64,000 bases of DNA from an uncultured bacterium (GTDB lineage: Bacteria > Babelota > Babeliae > Babelales > RVW-14), in NCBI GenBank assembly GCA_963759805.1, contig CAVXAT010000008.1:64001-128000 (forward strand), in the 5' to 3' direction. The notes beneath the pieces are model-generated. The model was not told the origin of the DNA. It did not search any database and was given only the letters and a program-made list of their open reading frames with translations. A program made the position numbers and the translations under genes. Positions 60,663 through 64,000 of the stretch are shown here, one piece after another (positions within the stretch are counted from its first letter, which is position 1; every line of letters begins with the position of its first letter).

Positions 60663-61931
60663 TTGAATCCAAATAATACTTCTATATCCAGACACATCGA
60701 CAAGAGTCTACCGTTTGAGCTAGATGACTGGGTGACAGAAAAAATAGATCCTTTGAGATATGAAAAAATATTTAACATTTATCGCTTCTATAAAAAATTT
60801 AATTTGGAAAAGCTAGGGTTTATTCAAGCCGAATTAATAAATCAAGATTCTGAACTATTTTTAAAAGTTAAAAAATATGTAAAAACTTATCCCGAAGAGT
60901 GGACCATCTCCATGATAAAAGATGCAGCGTTGTTCCACCTAACTATTTTCGAAAAACTGTACTCTCTGAATCTTGCATTAAAAAGCTCTTCCTTGCAAAA
61001 CATTTTTTTTGAATATACAAAACCGATTTTTTCGGATTTAACAACCCTTTCAATGCGTGACGAAGAGACACTTTTACCATTAAGCATAAACGATGCTAAT
61101 TTAAAAGGCATTGTAAATAAAATACTGTTGGTTACAGAATTAATTAAACAGAATAATTATTTAAGAATGCGTCAGGTATTACAAGAATCAAATGACTTTA
61201 TTTTGAATAAAAAAATATCTGAAATATTCTCAAAAAATAAAAATCTAAAAAATTCATTTGAAGATGCTGCAAAAATTCATAATACCCAGTTGAGCACCAA
61301 AAAAAGTTTTGTAGCCCAGTGTGAATATCTTTATGATTTGGCATTAAATATAAACACCTTGCCATCCCAAACTGAAAAAGCAAAAAGCTCCGCTGATCCA
61401 TTGCAATTTAACAGCGCTTCTATTTTGAATCAAAAGCAAAAAGTTGTTCAGCAGATCATACAAGCTGAGCATCCAAATACTGTTCTTGACGTTAATACAA
61501 ACTCCGGATGGGGTGCCCTTTTGGCAGAACGGGAAGGTGCAAGGGTTATTGCAACAGGTACCGACGAATTCTCAATTGATAATTTGTATAATCAAGCGAA
61601 AAGACAAAACTTGAAAATTTTGTCTTTATTTATGCCATTCTCATCAATGTCTCCAAAAATTTATTGTGACTTAGTTTTATGCTTGGAAGATCTGGATAGT
61701 ATTGCATTAAAACCAAAACTGAAACTAGGTGATATATTTAAAACTTTCTATAACGCAACCAATAAAACACTTGTTTTAGACTTTGCAAACCAGCAAGATC
61801 AAAGTGAATCGACGAATAGCAGCGCTTATGCAATCGATACAGTAATCAAACACGGACTTCAATATTTCAGCACAGTTGATACTTTGGATTCATATCCGGA
61901 TAATAATAAGCTGCTTGTGTTTAAAAAATAA
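60663..61931 (+). CDS. Hypothetical protein with degenerate C-terminal SAM-methyltransferase-like domain
   Basis: YPEEWT..MIKDAALFHL; TVLDVNTNSGWG resembles methyltransferase motif I; DLVLCL. Confidence 0.6.
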   Translation: MNPNNTSISRHIDKSLPFELDDWVTEKIDPLRYEKIFNIYRFYKKFNLEKLGFIQAELINQDSELFLKVKKYVKTYPEEWTISMIKDAALFHLTIFEKLYSLNLALKSSSLQNIFFEYTKPIFSDLTTLSMRDEETLLPLSINDANLKGIVNKILLVTELIKQNNYLRMRQVLQESNDFILNKKISEIFSKNKNLKNSFEDAAKIHNTQLSTKKSFVAQCEYLYDLALNINTLPSQTEKAKSSADPLQFNSASILNQKQKVVQQIIQAEHPNTVLDVNTNSGWGALLAEREGARVIATGTDEFSIDNLYNQAKRQNLKILSLFMPFSSMSPKIYCDLVLCLEDLDSIALKPKLKLGDIFKTFYNATNKTLVLDFANQQDQSESTNSSAYAIDTVIKHGLQYFSTVDTLDSYPDNNKLLVFKK

Positions 61932-61950
61932 TATATTAGAAATCACAATC

Positions 61951-63999
61951 TTAGAACGATTCACCAAATACAAGATGCCAGCCGTAGCTGCTGTCGCCAG
62001 GCATGCGTTTTTTCCATTTCCAGCCTATATCAAATCTAACTGATCCAATTGGAGTTTTGTATCTGACCCCTACTCCGGATGTTGGAAACCACACCTTAAA
62101 ACCACCCAGCCCAGTTTGACTAAGTGCACCAATGTCCTCAAATACCGCCCCGTAAAAATTTTTAAATATTGGAACACGTAACTCTAAGTTTACGTTAGCC
62201 ATAGAACTTCCACCTTGAATAGCGTACTCACGAGTTACGCCCGGCTCAGGTGAGTCTTTAATTTGATACGCAGTATATTGACGAATAATTTTGCCTTCCG
62301 CATTTTTTTCGGTAACACCAAGTGGCGGAAGCGAATCAATTTCGTAACCGCGTACTGAGTATGGACCGCCAAGATAAAAACGCTCTATCGGCATAATATC
62401 CTCAAACTTCCGTCTAAAAAGATGTCCAAAGCGAATCCTTGCACCCAAAACAAAGTCTTTATAAACGGGATAAAAGGCGGACTGTTCGATTTGTAATTTG
62501 GCTGAAGCTATTCCAATTTTTTCCGGCGCCATAACCTTTAATGAAGCAAAACTCATGGATCCCTTTTTGGGAGCTAATCTGTCGTCCAGCTTATCTATAA
62601 CCAAAGATGGCTCTACAAAAAAATATGGTGCCGAAACATCTACCAAATCAGGGGATAATTTAAGATAGCCATGAATATTTTTTGTAGTCATCCACTCGTT
62701 ACCAACGTTAATACCCCAGTGGTAACACTCTTTATATTCATCATTCAAGCCAATCAAAAAACCGTTTAGTAAAGAGGTATAGGCAGGCTCTGTTTTACCA
62801 ATTCGGACAGGCTGAATATATTTATTGGAGTAAACTTTAAACTTGGTCGTTGCAGGATTGCCAAAAAATGACGGCAACTGATATTGTGCATCAAGCTTAC
62901 GCTCAAACTCCATCCAATCAAAATCAAAAGAAAGTCTATCTGCTTTATTAAGCGGATTTTTTAAGATAAGCGATGATCCGATTTTTGGCGTTGACTGACG
63001 CTTAAGTTGAATAATATTTTTACTGGTTACAAAATAACCTGCGCGCAAACGAAGTTCTAGCGGATCATCGTCCACCAATGATAAAATCATTGGCTTTTCA
63101 CTAACATTTTTCGACATCTGGTATGGCTGGATCTGAACAGTCTTAAAAACATCCAAGCTCTTCAATTTTTTTCGAGTGAGCTCAATTTTTTTACGGGACC
63201 ACTCATCACCTTCTTTAAATTTTAATTTTTTTAAAACTTCTTTAAACGGAATTCTTGTATTTCCACGCAACAATACTTTACCAAATTTAATCTTTTGGCC
63301 CGGATCAATTTTCCAGTGCACCGCCACCTTTGAACCTTGAAAATTTCCCGCTCCGGAATCTACTTCAATTAATTCAGGTTCAATTTCCGCATACCAAAAA
63401 CCAAGTTTCTTAAAATGATCCAGTAAAAAAAATCTTTGCTCGTAAAGCCATTTTAGATCAAAGGGGACGGGTTGTTCAGCTGATGGAGGCGAATATTTTT
63501 TAAAAAATTCATTATTTTCAAGATCTTTGAAATTCTCTATCTCTACCCCACCCCAAAATCTTTGAACTCCCTTGTCCACAAAAATTTGAATAGAATAAGT
63601 TTTGGAATCAGGATTGCGCACAAATTTTTTGTCTACAACCTTGAAGTCCCAAAAGCCTTGAAATTGATAAAAATTGCTAAGCTGTACAATGCCACTTTCG
63701 AGTTTTTCTTGATCAAATCTCTTTTTACGTAAAAGCTCTTCCCAAAAAACATTTGTTGATTCCGGTATATGTGTAATACAATCTTTTACCTCAATGTTTT
63801 CAAGAGTTATTGGAAAACCCTCATTCACTGTAAAAAAATACCCAAAATCGGTTTTTTTCTGATAATCAATTGAAACATCCCAAAATCCATTTTTATAATA
63901 TTCATATCGAAGCTGTTCTGAGATAATATCCGGGGAAAACAGCCACTCGGGCTGATTATTCCCAATAATATCTTCTTTGATTTTTTTTTCAGAAAAAAG
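61951..63999 (-). CDS. Omp85 (BamA/TamA) family outer-membrane protein, 5' end outside window
   Basis: POTRA-like segments, ERFYLGGPYSVRGY, NLELRVP, GVGVRYKTPIGSVRFDIG, C-terminal F; the frame is open to the window edge. Confidence 0.92.
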   Translation of the reverse strand, partial: LFSEKKIKEDIIGNNQPEWLFSPDIISEQLRYEYYKNGFWDVSIDYQKKTDFGYFFTVNEGFPITLENIEVKDCITHIPESTNVFWEELLRKKRFDQEKLESGIVQLSNFYQFQGFWDFKVVDKKFVRNPDSKTYSIQIFVDKGVQRFWGGVEIENFKDLENNEFFKKYSPPSAEQPVPFDLKWLYEQRFFLLDHFKKLGFWYAEIEPELIEVDSGAGNFQGSKVAVHWKIDPGQKIKFGKVLLRGNTRIPFKEVLKKLKFKEGDEWSRKKIELTRKKLKSLDVFKTVQIQPYQMSKNVSEKPMILSLVDDDPLELRLRAGYFVTSKNIIQLKRQSTPKIGSSLILKNPLNKADRLSFDFDWMEFERKLDAQYQLPSFFGNPATTKFKVYSNKYIQPVRIGKTEPAYTSLLNGFLIGLNDEYKECYHWGINVGNEWMTTKNIHGYLKLSPDLVDVSAPYFFVEPSLVIDKLDDRLAPKKGSMSFASLKVMAPEKIGIASAKLQIEQSAFYPVYKDFVLGARIRFGHLFRRKFEDIMPIERFYLGGPYSVRGYEIDSLPPLGVTEKNAEGKIIRQYTAYQIKDSPEPGVTREYAIQGGSSMANVNLELRVPIFKNFYGAVFEDIGALSQTGLGGFKVWFPTSGVGVRYKTPIGSVRFDIGWKWKKRMPGDSSYGWHLVFGESF

Positions 64000-64000
64000 A

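Overview
AT-rich bacterial chromosomal window. The gene content and repeat style suggest Ca. Babelota (TM6/Dependentiae) intracellular bacteria, but that is inference only. It contains: (1) a surface-polysaccharide cluster (gmd, ABC exporter, UDP-glucuronate decarboxylase, three glycosyltransferases) interrupted by an AAA-ATPase/PD-(D/E)XK gene; (2) housekeeping genes (trxA, ruvX, polA, rpmA, secF, rho, tsaD, gyrB, tadA, tRNA-Thr, cdd, prepilin peptidase, kdsD, rbfA, rpsU, cysK, dapF, Omp85 family); (3) a 19-kb minus-strand locus (28085-47158) plus a distant relative (9481-11970) encoding modular exported proteins. These consist of a conserved 'carrier' domain with a variable 7-bladed WD40-like beta-propeller inserted at one fixed site, joined by a conserved connector and 11/14/7-residue Ser-Asn repeat stalks. 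Three tandem paralogs vary mainly in two loops per blade and are mosaics of each other. Three adjacent ORFs appear to be pieces of one ~4,100-aa protein; (4) many nested REP-like palindromes and MITE-like elements, including one with a perfect 13-bp target duplication inside a REP loop and two REPs lying in frame within genes. Several single-base frameshifts, including in secF, look like sequencing or consensus errors.
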